Positions 29,499 to 40,607 of a stretch of 64,000 nucleotides of DNA are shown here, piece by piece. The stretch is taken from positions 32,001-96,000 of the forward strand of contig CAWBKB010000006.1 in the NCBI GenBank assembly GCA_963789265.1, read 5' to 3'. Positions within the stretch are counted from its first letter, which is position 1, and every line of letters begins with the position of its first letter. Source of the DNA: an uncultured delta proteobacterium. Lineage in GTDB: Bacteria > Desulfobacterota > Desulfomonilia > Desulfomonilales > Desulfomonilaceae. The notes beneath the pieces are model-generated. The model was given only the letters and a program-made list of their open reading frames with translations, was not told where the DNA came from and did no database searches. The position numbers and the translations under genes are program-made.

Positions 29499-30917
29499 TC
29501 AAAGTTCCTTCTCTCGGAAGTACGCAGACACCGGGCCATCGGCACTGACTGCGATTGCCAATCCGAACTTCGAAGCAAATCGTGCTGCTGTCGTACGAGC
29601 GCCCTCATCCTCTTTAGCCGCTCGGCGCCCTTGAACTCGCAATATGGTACCGAACGTAATCAATTTGCCCGTGCGGTCGACAATCAGTGCTCCGTCCACG
29701 GCGGCCAAAGCAGTCAGTATATCAACACCGATGTCACTGACACAGCGATTCCGAAACTGCTCGAGGAGAAAGTCTTTTGGCCGAAGCATCAGGTCGCTCA
29801 CAATGGGTTTTGTAAGCGTCGGAATGCCTTTCTTACCGAGACGCCTTTCCTCGTTCTCAATTCTGGTCGGTCCAGGGAGATTAAGAGCGGAAGCCACGCA
29901 GAGATCCTTTTCGATCAATTTTTGTGGGTCTTCAACGATCAAAAGCAATCCACCTTGCCCGGTCTCATGCAACTGCCTGGCGACTTCCCAAATGATTTGA
30001 TTCGAGCCGATCAGTGACGGCTCTCGATCGTGCACAAGGCTTTTCTTAGTTTCGATATCGATGTAACTCCATCTTCCATCGCTGTAAAGAAGACGAAGAG
30101 CACTGCCGACTCGAAACTCGAGTAGCCCACGCCTCGCGATACGCCAGCTACATGTGGGTTCCACCATATTGTATAAGGACTCCACCGAAAACAGTCCCAG
30201 GAATTCGCCACAGCCGCCAAAGACGAAGACGGTTCTCTTCCCGTCACTTAACTTGCGGCTGAACCTAGGTTGGGTGCGGAGATCAAGCCCATTGTGAATA
30301 TAAGGCAACCAGCGAAGTCGATTTGTGTCACTAGATTTGATGAAGACGATTCCCGCCGTGGCATGCTGGCCTTCATACTCCTGGACGAGAAGATTCTGCA
30401 AAGCGCCCAAGATTTCCCGGTGTAGGTAACTTGCCGGATGACTCCAGGCGTCCCAGAAGCCCTCATCGGACCACATATCATGATTTGCTACAAGCATTGC
30501 AAAGCGGCTGACCGCCTGGTCGGTCAAGGCAAAGGATGCGAGGTGAGCCAGTTCGTCGGAAGGTTTACTGAACGAACGCAGGAGGGCAAATAGGAGACGC
30601 TGGTATTCGATTAGAAGAAGCCTTTGATGAGGATGCATGGAACTGTTTTCCTTGCCTCGCACGCGACGTCTTATCAGAGGGCCTGCGTCAGCGCCCCAGG
30701 CCGGAGTGACAATCTCAGGGCCTCGAGATCCGTATGGATTTTTCTGGGCGACTCTCTCTTTAGTGGCTTCAAGCCCCATAGCAGAGAGGAATTCATCTGC
30801 AGCGAAGCCCACTCTAGCTGCAGCCCCCCAGTAGCGCGAATCTCGAAGCGCGCGAAAGCGCCGCATAGCATCGGTCATGGTCGGAATTATTCGGGTCTCA
30901 TACGCGGTTAAGTCCAA
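29499..30917 (-). CDS. DAC (DisA_N) domain protein with large uncharacterised N-terminal region
   Basis: C-terminal LAAVDGALIVD, GARTTAA, AIAVSADG; GGLLLIV upstream. Confidence 0.75.
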   Translation of the reverse strand: MDLTAYETRIIPTMTDAMRRFRALRDSRYWGAAARVGFAADEFLSAMGLEATKERVAQKNPYGSRGPEIVTPAWGADAGPLIRRRVRGKENSSMHPHQRLLLIEYQRLLFALLRSFSKPSDELAHLASFALTDQAVSRFAMLVANHDMWSDEGFWDAWSHPASYLHREILGALQNLLVQEYEGQHATAGIVFIKSSDTNRLRWLPYIHNGLDLRTQPRFSRKLSDGKRTVFVFGGCGEFLGLFSVESLYNMVEPTCSWRIARRGLLEFRVGSALRLLYSDGRWSYIDIETKKSLVHDREPSLIGSNQIIWEVARQLHETGQGGLLLIVEDPQKLIEKDLCVASALNLPGPTRIENEERRLGKKGIPTLTKPIVSDLMLRPKDFLLEQFRNRCVSDIGVDILTALAAVDGALIVDRTGKLITFGTILRVQGRRAAKEDEGARTTAARFASKFGLAIAVSADGPVSAYFREKEL

Positions 30918-31158
30918 TGACTTTCCTTGTAGATTTCCTCGTCAGGATATCGGGTAGTTAGAACCAAGTCTCTTCCACAAATACGCCCCGGATGGTCCGA
31001 AGGAAGGACGTCCCCGGGAAGATGACAGATCGGTCTTTGAATGTATCCTCCGGATACTGAGCACAGGGCTCGCCGGAAAGATCTTCCTAAGAAGGTATCC
31101 GCCTCCTTTAACTTGTTGACAGCGTCTCCATGAACGGTAGGGGAGTGCTCCCGTGTGC

Positions 31159-33675
31159 TTATTCCTCATCCTCAGGATCGCCGAGACTCACCGGAATGGG
31201 ACTCACCTTCCAGATTTCATCGCAATACTGTCGAATCGTGCGATCTGATGAGAATTTACCCATTCGAGCTGCATTGAGGATCGACATTCGTGTCCAGCTA
31301 TCGCTATCCCGGTAAGTCTGACTGACACGATCCTGACAGTCCACGTACGATTGATAATCGGCGAACAGAAGGTATTCGTCATGATAGAGCAGCGAATCAA
31401 CAAGAGGCTTGAAAAGTTGAGAATCCCCAGCAGAATAATGTCCTGATGCGATGAGGTCAATGACGCCTTTCAATTGATCATTCCCTTCGTAAAAAGCACG
31501 TGCATGATAACCTCGAGATTTAAGATCGTATACCTCCTTGGCCGTGAGACCGAAAAGGAAGAAATTCTCAGGTCCTACTTCTTCTCTGATCTCGACATTG
31601 GCGCCGTCCAAAGTGCCGATTGTGAGCGCTCCATTCATCGAGAACTTCATGTTTCCGGTTCCTGAAGCCTCCTCTCCGGCTGTGGAGATCTGTTCGGAGA
31701 GGTCAGCAGCAGGGTAAATCAATTGCGAGTTTTTTACGTTGAAGTTGGGGAAGAAGACCACTTTGATGCGATCTCGCACGTCCGGATCGTTGTTCACGAC
31801 GTTGGCTACAGCGTTGATCAGTCTAATGATCATCTTCGCCATAAAATAACCTGGTGCGGCTTTTCCTCCGAAAACAAAGGTTCGTGGCACAATCTCCACG
31901 TTGGGGTTCTGCTTTATCCGATTGTACAATGTCAGAATGTGCAGCACGTTGAGGTGTTGCCGCTTGTATTCGTGAAAACGTTTTACCTGGATATCGAAAA
32001 GTGAGTCCGGGGCGACGACAATGCCCGTACGATTACGAATTGCTTCCGCCAGATCAGTCTTGTTGAGCCTCTTGATGCTACCCCACTCGGTCTTGAACTC
32101 CTTGTCCTCGGCAAAAGTCTCGAGCTTCCGGAGTTGCTCCAGGTCCGTGATCCAGCCGTCTCCGATCCTGCCTGTGATCAAGTCAGCAAGTCTGGGGTTA
32201 CTCAATGCAATAAAGCGCCGGGGAGTCACGCCGTTGGTTTTGTTGCTGAACCTTTCCGGAAAGAATTCGTAAAAGTCGCGGAGCACGTGCTCTTTAAGTA
32301 ACTCCGTGTGCAACTCGGCCACGCCATTTATCGAGAAGCTGCCAACACATGCGAGGTTCGCCATGCGCACGTATTTTTCTCCAGTTTCGTCGATCAGAGA
32401 CATCCGGGTCGCTCGATGGTCGTCTCTCGGGTACCGAGTTCGAACTTTTTCCAGAAATCGGTGATTGATCTCGAAAATGATTTCCACATGTCTGGGAAGA
32501 AGCGACTGAAACAGTGGTAAGGGCCATTTTTCCAGGGCTTCGGGCAACAAGGTATGATTTGTGTAACCAAAGGTGTTTTGGGTCACATCCCAGGCCTCGT
32601 CCCATCCCAAACCGTGCTCGTCAATGAGAAGACGCATTAATTCGGGTATTGCCAATGCAGGATGTGTGTCGTTCAGTTGGACTGAAAAGAGTTTATGAAA
32701 GTCCTTGGGAAGTAAATTGCCCATAGACAATATACGGAGCATATCCTGTAATGAACAGGACACAAGAAAATACTGCTGTTCCAACCTGAGCTGTTTTCCC
32801 TGGGCCGGTTCGTCGTTGGGATAGAGCACTTTTGTGATGTTTTCCGAATAGATCTTCCGATCGACAGCACCGTAGTAATCCCCTATATTGAATGCCCTAA
32901 AATCGAAAGATTCGATTGCTTCGGCTTTCCAAAGCCTCAAAGTGCTACAGGTGTTCACCTTGTATCCAAGAACAGGCGTATCGTAAGCAACTCCTCTGAC
33001 CACTCGCTCCGGAATCCATCGGACCTGAAGAGATCCATCATCCGATTGAACATGCCCCGTATGGCCACCGAACTTAACTTCATAAGCAATTTCCGATCTA
33101 TGACTCTCCCATGGATTTCCTAAAGATAACCACTTATCCGTGGTTTCAACCTGTTTTCCGTCTTGAATACTCTGGGAAAAGATCCCGAATTCATAACGTA
33201 TTCCGTAACCTATCGAGGGAATTTCCAGAGTGGCAAGAGAGTCCAAAAAACAGGCAGCCAGTCGACCAAGTCCCCCGTTTCCCAATCCGGGTTCCGGTTC
33301 GTGCTCCAAAAGGACATTCCAATCTTCTCCTAACTCCTCGGCACCTTTACGCACTTCTTCATAAATCCCGAGATTAATCAAATTATTCGCAAGCTGTGGT
33401 CCAATTAAGAACTCGGCGGAAAGATAGCTTACCGCACGAAGCCCCCCTTTAAGGTAAGTTTCGCCACTTCGAACCCATCGGTGAAGCAAACGATCCTTTA
33501 CCATGTAAGCGAGGGCCATGTACTTGTCGTTCAGTGTAGCTATTGCTGGAATTTTTCCTTGGGAGTATTTCAGGTGCTCCCGAACACCACTTTTGATTGC
33601 CCCGATGCTTAAGCCTGTACGACTCACCGAATCTCTTTCGATTTCACTCCGTCCGGATTTTTTTTGCATGACCAA
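31159..33675 (-). CDS. glgP: Glycogen/starch phosphorylase
   Basis: GLGNGGLGRLAACF, QLNDTHP, KRFHEYKRQ, EASGTGNMKF. Confidence 0.97.
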   Translation of the reverse strand: MVMQKKSGRSEIERDSVSRTGLSIGAIKSGVREHLKYSQGKIPAIATLNDKYMALAYMVKDRLLHRWVRSGETYLKGGLRAVSYLSAEFLIGPQLANNLINLGIYEEVRKGAEELGEDWNVLLEHEPEPGLGNGGLGRLAACFLDSLATLEIPSIGYGIRYEFGIFSQSIQDGKQVETTDKWLSLGNPWESHRSEIAYEVKFGGHTGHVQSDDGSLQVRWIPERVVRGVAYDTPVLGYKVNTCSTLRLWKAEAIESFDFRAFNIGDYYGAVDRKIYSENITKVLYPNDEPAQGKQLRLEQQYFLVSCSLQDMLRILSMGNLLPKDFHKLFSVQLNDTHPALAIPELMRLLIDEHGLGWDEAWDVTQNTFGYTNHTLLPEALEKWPLPLFQSLLPRHVEIIFEINHRFLEKVRTRYPRDDHRATRMSLIDETGEKYVRMANLACVGSFSINGVAELHTELLKEHVLRDFYEFFPERFSNKTNGVTPRRFIALSNPRLADLITGRIGDGWITDLEQLRKLETFAEDKEFKTEWGSIKRLNKTDLAEAIRNRTGIVVAPDSLFDIQVKRFHEYKRQHLNVLHILTLYNRIKQNPNVEIVPRTFVFGGKAAPGYFMAKMIIRLINAVANVVNNDPDVRDRIKVVFFPNFNVKNSQLIYPAADLSEQISTAGEEASGTGNMKFSMNGALTIGTLDGANVEIREEVGPENFFLFGLTAKEVYDLKSRGYHARAFYEGNDQLKGVIDLIASGHYSAGDSQLFKPLVDSLLYHDEYLLFADYQSYVDCQDRVSQTYRDSDSWTRMSILNAARMGKFSSDRTIRQYCDEIWKVSPIPVSLGDPEDEE

Positions 33676-33766
33676 TCCTCACATAAACTGATTCAGCGCA
33701 AGATCTTCAGATCGAATGCCGGTGGCCGCGCGTGTTAAACGTTTCCATTCAATAGTTCCAAACTTT

Positions 33767-33940
33767 TCAGGATCTGTGACCTCTGAGGAAAGAGATTATC
33801 AAGATAAGTGAAATCCATTTTAGCTCGCCTAGTCGGCGCGGACACCCCATAATGGGGCCTTCGCGATTAATGGCTTCTTGCATTGGAGAGTTGACATCAA
33901 TTGTGATTACGTCTTTAAGCATCCGGTCTTTAACCAGCAT
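33767..33940 (-). pseudogene. Relic 5' end of a CBS-domain (AcuB-like) gene
   Basis: GGAGG SD then MLVKDRMLKDVITIDVNSPMQEAI, after which similarity is lost. Confidence 0.55.
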
Positions 33941-34046
33941 CTCACTACCTCCCTGACACTGGCGTGCATTTTGTGGTATCACCGCCCCCCTAGAGTCAAT
34001 AAACTATTGAGTTCGGTTCTATGACTCACAACGTTCTGTAACATTG

Positions 34047-37000
34047 CTAATCCGACGGCCTGTTCTCGGTTTCTGTAACGGGGGATTTGTTTTCTTCCGA
34101 CTCGCGCCCCCCTGTAGCTTTGCTGATCTTTTCGATGACGTAAAACAACATCGGGATGAGGAAGATCGCAATCCCGGTTGCCGCGAGCATGCCGCCGATG
34201 ACGGCCGTCCCCATTACTTGCCTGGCCATGGCCCCGGCTCCGCTGGCAATGGCCAGTGGAACACAACCGAGGATAACGCGAAGGACGTCATCAGGATCGG
34301 ACGGAGCCTGAGCCGTGCTCCGGAAAGTGTCGCGTCCATCAGATCATGGCCCGCCTCGTACTCGCTTTTTGCAAATTCGACGATCAGAATGGCATTTTTC
34401 GCAGCCAGCCCTATTAGGACTATCAACCCGATCTGCGCGTAAACGTTGAAAACCATTTCGCGTCCCAAAAGTGCCGCAAACGCACCGAACACGGCAACGG
34501 GTGTGCTGAGCAGGACGCTGAAGGGTAGCGACCAACTCTCATAAAGCGCGGCAAGTATGAGAAAGACGAACAGTAGTGAGAGCGCAAATACGGCAGCAGG
34601 CGAGATGCCTTGCTGTGCCACTTGCTCCTGGTATGACATGCCCATATAATCGAAGCCCATATCTGAAGGCATGGTTTCTTTAAAAACCTCCTCCAGGGCC
34701 TTCATTGCCTGCAATGTGCTGTAACCCGGTGCAGCCGAGGCGTTTATCTGCGCCGAGCGGTAAAGGTTATAGCGCATGGTAAACTCAGGGCCCGAGCGGC
34801 GCTCCGTCCGTGTCACTGCTGATAGCGGAACCGGGTCGCCCTTCGAGTTTTTTACATAGAATTGGTTCAGTTACTTGACGTCTGTACGGTAATCCCCTTC
34901 GGCTTCCACATACACCTGCCACTGTCTGCCGAAGCGATTGAAATAGTTTACGAACTGCCCTCCCATAAACGCTTGCAGCGTCCCATAAACCTGCCCCAGA
35001 TCCACACCCTGGCTCAACACTTTATCGCGGTCCACATCAACAAAGTACCGTGGTACGTCAGCCAGAAGGGTTGTAAATATCTGGGCGAGTTCAGGCCGCT
35101 TCTGTGCCGCTTCAATGAATTTCCGAGTATTCTCCGCCAGGAACCCGATGTCTCTGCCTGCACGGTCTTCGAGAATGAAGGTCACACCTCCCGCAGTACC
35201 AATTCCCTGGATAGCCGGCGGCGGAAAGGCCAACGCAATTCCCTGCGGCAATTGGCTGAGTTCGCGGCTGAGGTGGGCGATGATGGCCGGCGCTTTCTCT
35301 TCGTCACGCTCCCTCTCGGACCAGTCCTTGAGTTTAATGAAGAAAAAGCCGCTGTAGGTGTTTTGTATGAGGCTTAAGAGATTGAAACCGATAACTGTAG
35401 TGCAGTTTTCCACGCCGGGGGTGTTCATGATGATCTGCTCTACTAGCTTGCCTGCTTCCGAGGTACGTTGAAGCGAGGCAGCATTGGGCAGTTGAATAAC
35501 GGCGAATACATAGCCCAGGTCCTCTTCCGGCAGAAACCCGCCTGGTATCTTCTTACCGAGGAAAACGATCCCGACGCTCATGACAGCGAGAATGACAAAT
35601 CCAATAACCACCTTTCGGATAATGCCTCTCGACACGCTCACATAACCGTCGGTTCCACGGCCGAGCATACTGTTAAACGCGTTATAAAACCAATTTAGCG
35701 GGCCCCTCGCTTCCTTTTTGGGGCGAAGAAGGATTGAACAAAGCGCAGGGCTCAAAGTCAAGGCGTTGAAAGCGGAAAGAATTACCGAGATCGCAATAGT
35801 GACAGCAAATTGGGTGTACAGCCTGCCGGTAATGCCAGGGATGAATACCGTCGGGAGAAACACGGCTGCCAGGACGAGTGCGATTGCCATAACGGGGCCG
35901 GCAACCTCCTCCATCGCTTTAAGGGCCGCTTCCTTGGGCGGCACTCCCTTTTCTATATGGCGTTGCACTGCCTCGACGACGACAATGGCGTCGTCGACTA
36001 CCAGCCCTATTGCAACTACCAATCCCATGAGGGCAATCGGATTTATCGAGAAATTCAGGGCCGGGAAAAAAGCGAAGGTGCCGATGAGCGACACCGGCAC
36101 TGCGATAATGGGAATAAGTGTGGCGCGCCACCCTTGGAGGAATACGAACACTACGATGATGACGAGGAATATGGAAATGAACAAGGTCAAGACAATTTCT
36201 TTTATCCCTTCAGTGACGGAAAGCGTCGTGTCCAATGCGACTTCATAATCGAGGTCGCCTGGAAAGGATTCCTTGATTTTGGCCATCACTTTTTTGGCGC
36301 CAGTCGCCGCTTCCAGGGCGTTCGTGCCCGGAAGTTGAAAGAGCGCCAAGACTGCAGTAGGCTTGCCTTTGAAACGTCCCTCAATGTTGTAGGTTTGGGC
36401 TCCCAGTTCGAGGCGGGCAACATCGCTGAGTCGCACGAGGCTACCGTCGGGATTGGCCCGCAGAACGATTCTTCCGAACTCTTCCGGCGCGACTAATCGT
36501 CCCTGGGCCTGGATCGCATAGGTGAACTCCTGTCCCGGAGAACACGGCTCTCCCGCAACCTGTCCCGCAGGGTTTACCGTATTCTGTTTCTGTATGGCGT
36601 CTACGATCTCGGGGACGGTAATATTCAGCTTGGCCAGCCGATCCGGGCGCACCCAGCATCGAAGGGCGTACTGCCCTGCGCCGAAGACCGTCACCCTGGC
36701 AATCCCTCTTACCCGAGTCAATTGGTCGACAATGTTGATGTACGCGTAATTCGCAAGGAAAGTCTCATCATGGCTTCCTTTAGGCGAATAGAGTGCAAAG
36801 ACAATGAGCGGCGTGGTAAGCGACTTTTGGACCGTAACTCCGAAGTTCCTCACATCGGCCGGGAACTGGCTCTCTGCCTGGGACTCTCTCTGTTGCGTTA
36901 ATATCTGGTCGGTGTTGGGGTCTGTCTTCACGTCGAAATTTACAGTCAACTGCATCTGGCCGTTGTTGGCGTTAAGGGAATACATATAGTTCATGTTGTC

Positions 37001-37216
37001 TACGCCGCTCATTTTCTGCTCGAGGGGGGTGGCCACAGACTGCTCGACTGTCAAGGCATCGGCACCCACATAAAACGCCTGCGCGAGAATTTCGGGCGGA
37101 ATAATATTGGGATACTGGGCCACCGGCAGCCCCGCCATTGCGACCAGGCCAACTATTACCATTACGATAGCGATTACGATTGCAACGATAGGGCGTCTGA
37201 TAAAGAACCGGTACAT
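34047..37216 (-). CDS. RND efflux permease (HAE1/AcrB family), frameshifted in its 3' part
   Basis: FFIRRPI, GLVVDDAIVVVE, GLAAKNAILIVEFA, RLRPILMTS across three ORFs. Confidence 0.9.
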
Positions 37217-37221
37217 GACGG

Positions 37222-38472
37222 TTATCTCCCTTCTGTCGCAGGCAGGTGTTCCGGCTTTGTAGTGGCTTTATGAACTGGCACGGGAGATGACGGGGCAAAA
37301 GGCTTCGGATTCACGCGTATACCTTGCTTTATCTTCTGGACCCCTTCAGCTACGACGCGTTCGCCGGGCTTGAGCCCTTCCTCGATTTCCCAAAGGGAGC
37401 CATAACGCTCTCCAGGCTTGACATTTCGGATATCGACCTTATTTCCGGTGTCCACCACGGCCACTTCGTACATGCCCTGGAGTTCCATCACGGCCCGCTG
37501 CGGTACGAGCAGAGCGCCCTTTTTAGTATCGACCAAAACTCGGACTCTGACGAACTGACCGGGGCGGAGGAGGTAGTTCGGATTTGGAAAGACCGCCTCA
37601 ACCCGCAGTGTCCCTGTCCTTACGTCCACCTGCCGATCAATCGCGTAGAATTTTCCTTGGTGTGGGTAGACCGACCCGTCTTCCAACATCAGGTCTGCCC
37701 GCATCTTTTTTGCTTGTTCTAAACCGGAAGCAGGAGTCGCGAATTGTTTCATCCAGTCGATATAATCCTGTTCACTGATAAAGAAGTTCACCTTGATCGG
37801 ATCGATTGTAGAAACGGTCGTCAGCTCTGTTCTCTGACCTGCAGGACCAACAAGGTCACCTACCTGAGCCTTGGCAATGCCGGCCACGCCATCGATGGGG
37901 GATGTGATTTTCGTGAAGCCGAGGTCGAGCTGGGCCTTCTCTACCGCAGCCTTGGCCGCGAGCACTTGCCCCTCGGCTGATTTGTCGGCGGAGATGTAAG
38001 AATCAAGAGCTTCCTTGCTTATCGCTCCCTGGTCGAAAAGGGGTTGGTGGCGGAGTAGGTTGGCATGGGCATTCTTGTAGCTCGCCTCCATCTGCAGAAG
38101 GGTTCCTTGGGCTTGCTCCAGGGCGGCCTGGAAGGGACGAGGATCAATTTCGAAGAGCATCTGGCCCTTCTTGACCGAGTCCCCTGCCTTGTAATTTTGG
38201 CTGATCAGGTACCCCGTGACCTGCGCCAGGATGGTAGCATTCACCAGCCCATCTGTCGTGCCAACCCACTCGTGTACGATCGGGACGTCCTTCTGTACAA
38301 CCTCCGCGATTTCAACAACCGGCGGCGGTAGCGCCGCCGGTTGTTCCTTGCTGCACGCAAAAAGGCAGGGGAGCGCCATACAGACAAAAACCAACAGGCC
38401 ATTGCGTATGATGGTGACGAACTTGTAATCGATTTCAGATATTCCCGGGTGCAGCATGTTCTCCCCCTTCAA
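37222..38472 (-). CDS. RND periplasmic adaptor (AcrA/MexA-like lipoprotein)
   Basis: Lipobox LFAC, FEIDPRPFQA, ITSPIDG, LRPGQF. Confidence 0.92.
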   Translation of the reverse strand: MKGENMLHPGISEIDYKFVTIIRNGLLVFVCMALPCLFACSKEQPAALPPPVVEIAEVVQKDVPIVHEWVGTTDGLVNATILAQVTGYLISQNYKAGDSVKKGQMLFEIDPRPFQAALEQAQGTLLQMEASYKNAHANLLRHQPLFDQGAISKEALDSYISADKSAEGQVLAAKAAVEKAQLDLGFTKITSPIDGVAGIAKAQVGDLVGPAGQRTELTTVSTIDPIKVNFFISEQDYIDWMKQFATPASGLEQAKKMRADLMLEDGSVYPHQGKFYAIDRQVDVRTGTLRVEAVFPNPNYLLRPGQFVRVRVLVDTKKGALLVPQRAVMELQGMYEVAVVDTGNKVDIRNVKPGERYGSLWEIEEGLKPGERVVAEGVQKIKQGIRVNPKPFAPSSPVPVHKATTKPEHLPATEGR

Positions 38473-38560
38473 ATACGTTTCAATTCGATAACCGTACGTG
38501 ACTATTTGTTCACTTGAATAACACTATCAACATTGCAACAGTATTATACAATGAACAGCA

Positions 38561-39208
38561 TTACTCGGCGAGCTTCTTGAACGCCTGCTTGATCTGAGAC
38601 ATGCCGTTCGAGAGTTCTTTTTCAAAAGTTGCGGCTTTGTCCCTGGCCATTTGTTTCTTTTCCTCAAGCTGGCGTTTGTAATCGTTTATCTGTGCAATGA
38701 GTTGCCCCTTTTTGTTCTCAAATTGAGCTCTTGCCCCAGCCTTTTTCACTTCAAATTGAACCTCCAAGGCTTCCATCTCAGCTTCTAATCCGATAGCGGC
38801 TGCGATGAACTTGTTTGCAGCCTTTTTTAGCGATTCATCAATGGATTGGCCGGCAGCGTCCAGCTCACGATCAATGGTGGTTTCCAGCGTGGCGATTGAA
38901 CGTTGGATCTTTTTCTTCTGCACTTCGAAGGCGTCTCTCGCCTCAGCCTTACCCAACGCCAGTTGAACCTGCAACTCGTCGAACCTGGCCTGGATTTCGG
39001 TTTTCTTTTCATCGGCAAGCCCTTTGGCCTTCACGACCTCGGATTTGAACCCATCCAGGGTCTCGTTCAGACGTTTCTTCCGAACTTCCAGTTCTTCTAT
39101 AGCTTGCTCTTTGGATAGTTGCAGTTGGGCCTCGATCGCTGTGGCGCTGGCCTCCCATTTATCCATCTTTGTGTCGATGGCTTCCCTAATTTCCTTAATC
39201 TTTGACAT
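38561..39208 (-). CDS. Coiled-coil hypothetical protein
   Basis: AAGGAG SD; K/E/A/Q-rich helical sequence. Confidence 0.8.
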   Translation of the reverse strand: MSKIKEIREAIDTKMDKWEASATAIEAQLQLSKEQAIEELEVRKKRLNETLDGFKSEVVKAKGLADEKKTEIQARFDELQVQLALGKAEARDAFEVQKKKIQRSIATLETTIDRELDAAGQSIDESLKKAANKFIAAAIGLEAEMEALEVQFEVKKAGARAQFENKKGQLIAQINDYKRQLEEKKQMARDKAATFEKELSNGMSQIKQAFKKLAE

Positions 39209-39423
39209 TGGATTCTCTCCTTCAGATTTGATTTGTAAGGCGGTTTTGCCTCCGCCACGTGTCTAACGACCTATTTGGGCGTCCTTGCTACGCCCAAGCC
39301 ACCATTGTGGCCCAGCCTGCCATTATTAGGCGCAATGTCGGCCCGGACTCACTAAGCGGCTCAGATGCCGTGCATTCCATGCCTTTCAAAGAAACATCGC
39401 ACCCTCTCCAAACGCTTCGCTTC

Positions 39424-40095
39424 CTATCTGTCTTGATTACTCTCCCCGTTTCTCATCACTCCTTTGAGAAAAATGTCTCTGACACTTGACAATTCGTCTC
39501 CCTTTAGGAATCCGGCATGGTCTTCAGTCATCCGGAAGAGAAAAGTGAGGATGATTCCGTAAAGCGCTAGAGCCATGTGATGAGGATCGCCGTCGCGGAA
39601 GACGTTCGCTTTGATCCCCCTCTCAAAGATCGAGGCCAATTTCTTGAGGTATTCGTCGCGAAATTTGTGAAGATCCCGTTGGAAAGCGGCTGTTACGTCA
39701 ATGAACCCCCCTTGAGTTCCGGCAAAGAACAGGTGCGCGAACGGCAGGTTGTCAAAAAACAGTTCCCGATGAATGGTGATACATTTTTCTATCGCTCGTA
39801 CAGGATCCCGTTCCTGTTCGAGGGCCTGTAAAACAGTGTGGTGCCACCTTTCTGCCATCTGCAGAATAAGAGATCTGTACAAGTCATCCTTACCACTGAA
39901 GAATTTGTATATCGTCCCCATCCCGAACTCTGCCTCTCTCGCGATTTCGTGCATGGAAACGTTCGGATAACTCTTCTCTGAGAAGAGCTTTAGCGCGGTC
40001 TTGAGTATCTCATCTCGCTGCTGCAGGTTTAGTCGCTCGCGACGTGAAAGTTTTTCAGGTGTTTTGTCGGTCGTGCGAGACGGTGAAAAGGTCAT
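39424..40095 (-). CDS. TetR/AcrR family regulator
   Basis: ILKTALKLFSEKSY..VSMHEIAREAEFGMGTIYKFF. Confidence 0.92.
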   Translation of the reverse strand: MTFSPSRTTDKTPEKLSRRERLNLQQRDEILKTALKLFSEKSYPNVSMHEIAREAEFGMGTIYKFFSGKDDLYRSLILQMAERWHHTVLQALEQERDPVRAIEKCITIHRELFFDNLPFAHLFFAGTQGGFIDVTAAFQRDLHKFRDEYLKKLASIFERGIKANVFRDGDPHHMALALYGIILTFLFRMTEDHAGFLKGDELSSVRDIFLKGVMRNGESNQDR

Positions 40096-40124
40096 TTATT
40101 TCTCCAATGCGTCATGGTCTGAAC

Positions 40125-40168
40125 CTGAATCTGATTCAGATCATGAATCATGGTCATATAAAAGTCAA
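40125..40168 (-). promoter_or_regulatory. tetR promoter with adjacent palindromic operator
   Basis: Minus-strand TTGACT-N17-CATGAT, immediately followed by the palindrome CTGAATC-T-GATTCAG (40125-40139). Confidence 0.6.
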
Positions 40169-40314
40169 GCAAAAAATTTGCCGGCTCCCTTAACTGACGA
40201 GCCGCGAGCACAGTAGTTTCAGTTTCGAAAACCTACAAAAAGTTGCGTGTCAAAATATTTGGAGTTTCTCCCTGCCTGAATCGGCAAAAGGAGTGATCCA
40301 ACGTAGGATCATGA

Positions 40315-40602
<288 letters not shown>

Positions 40603-40607
40603 AAGCA

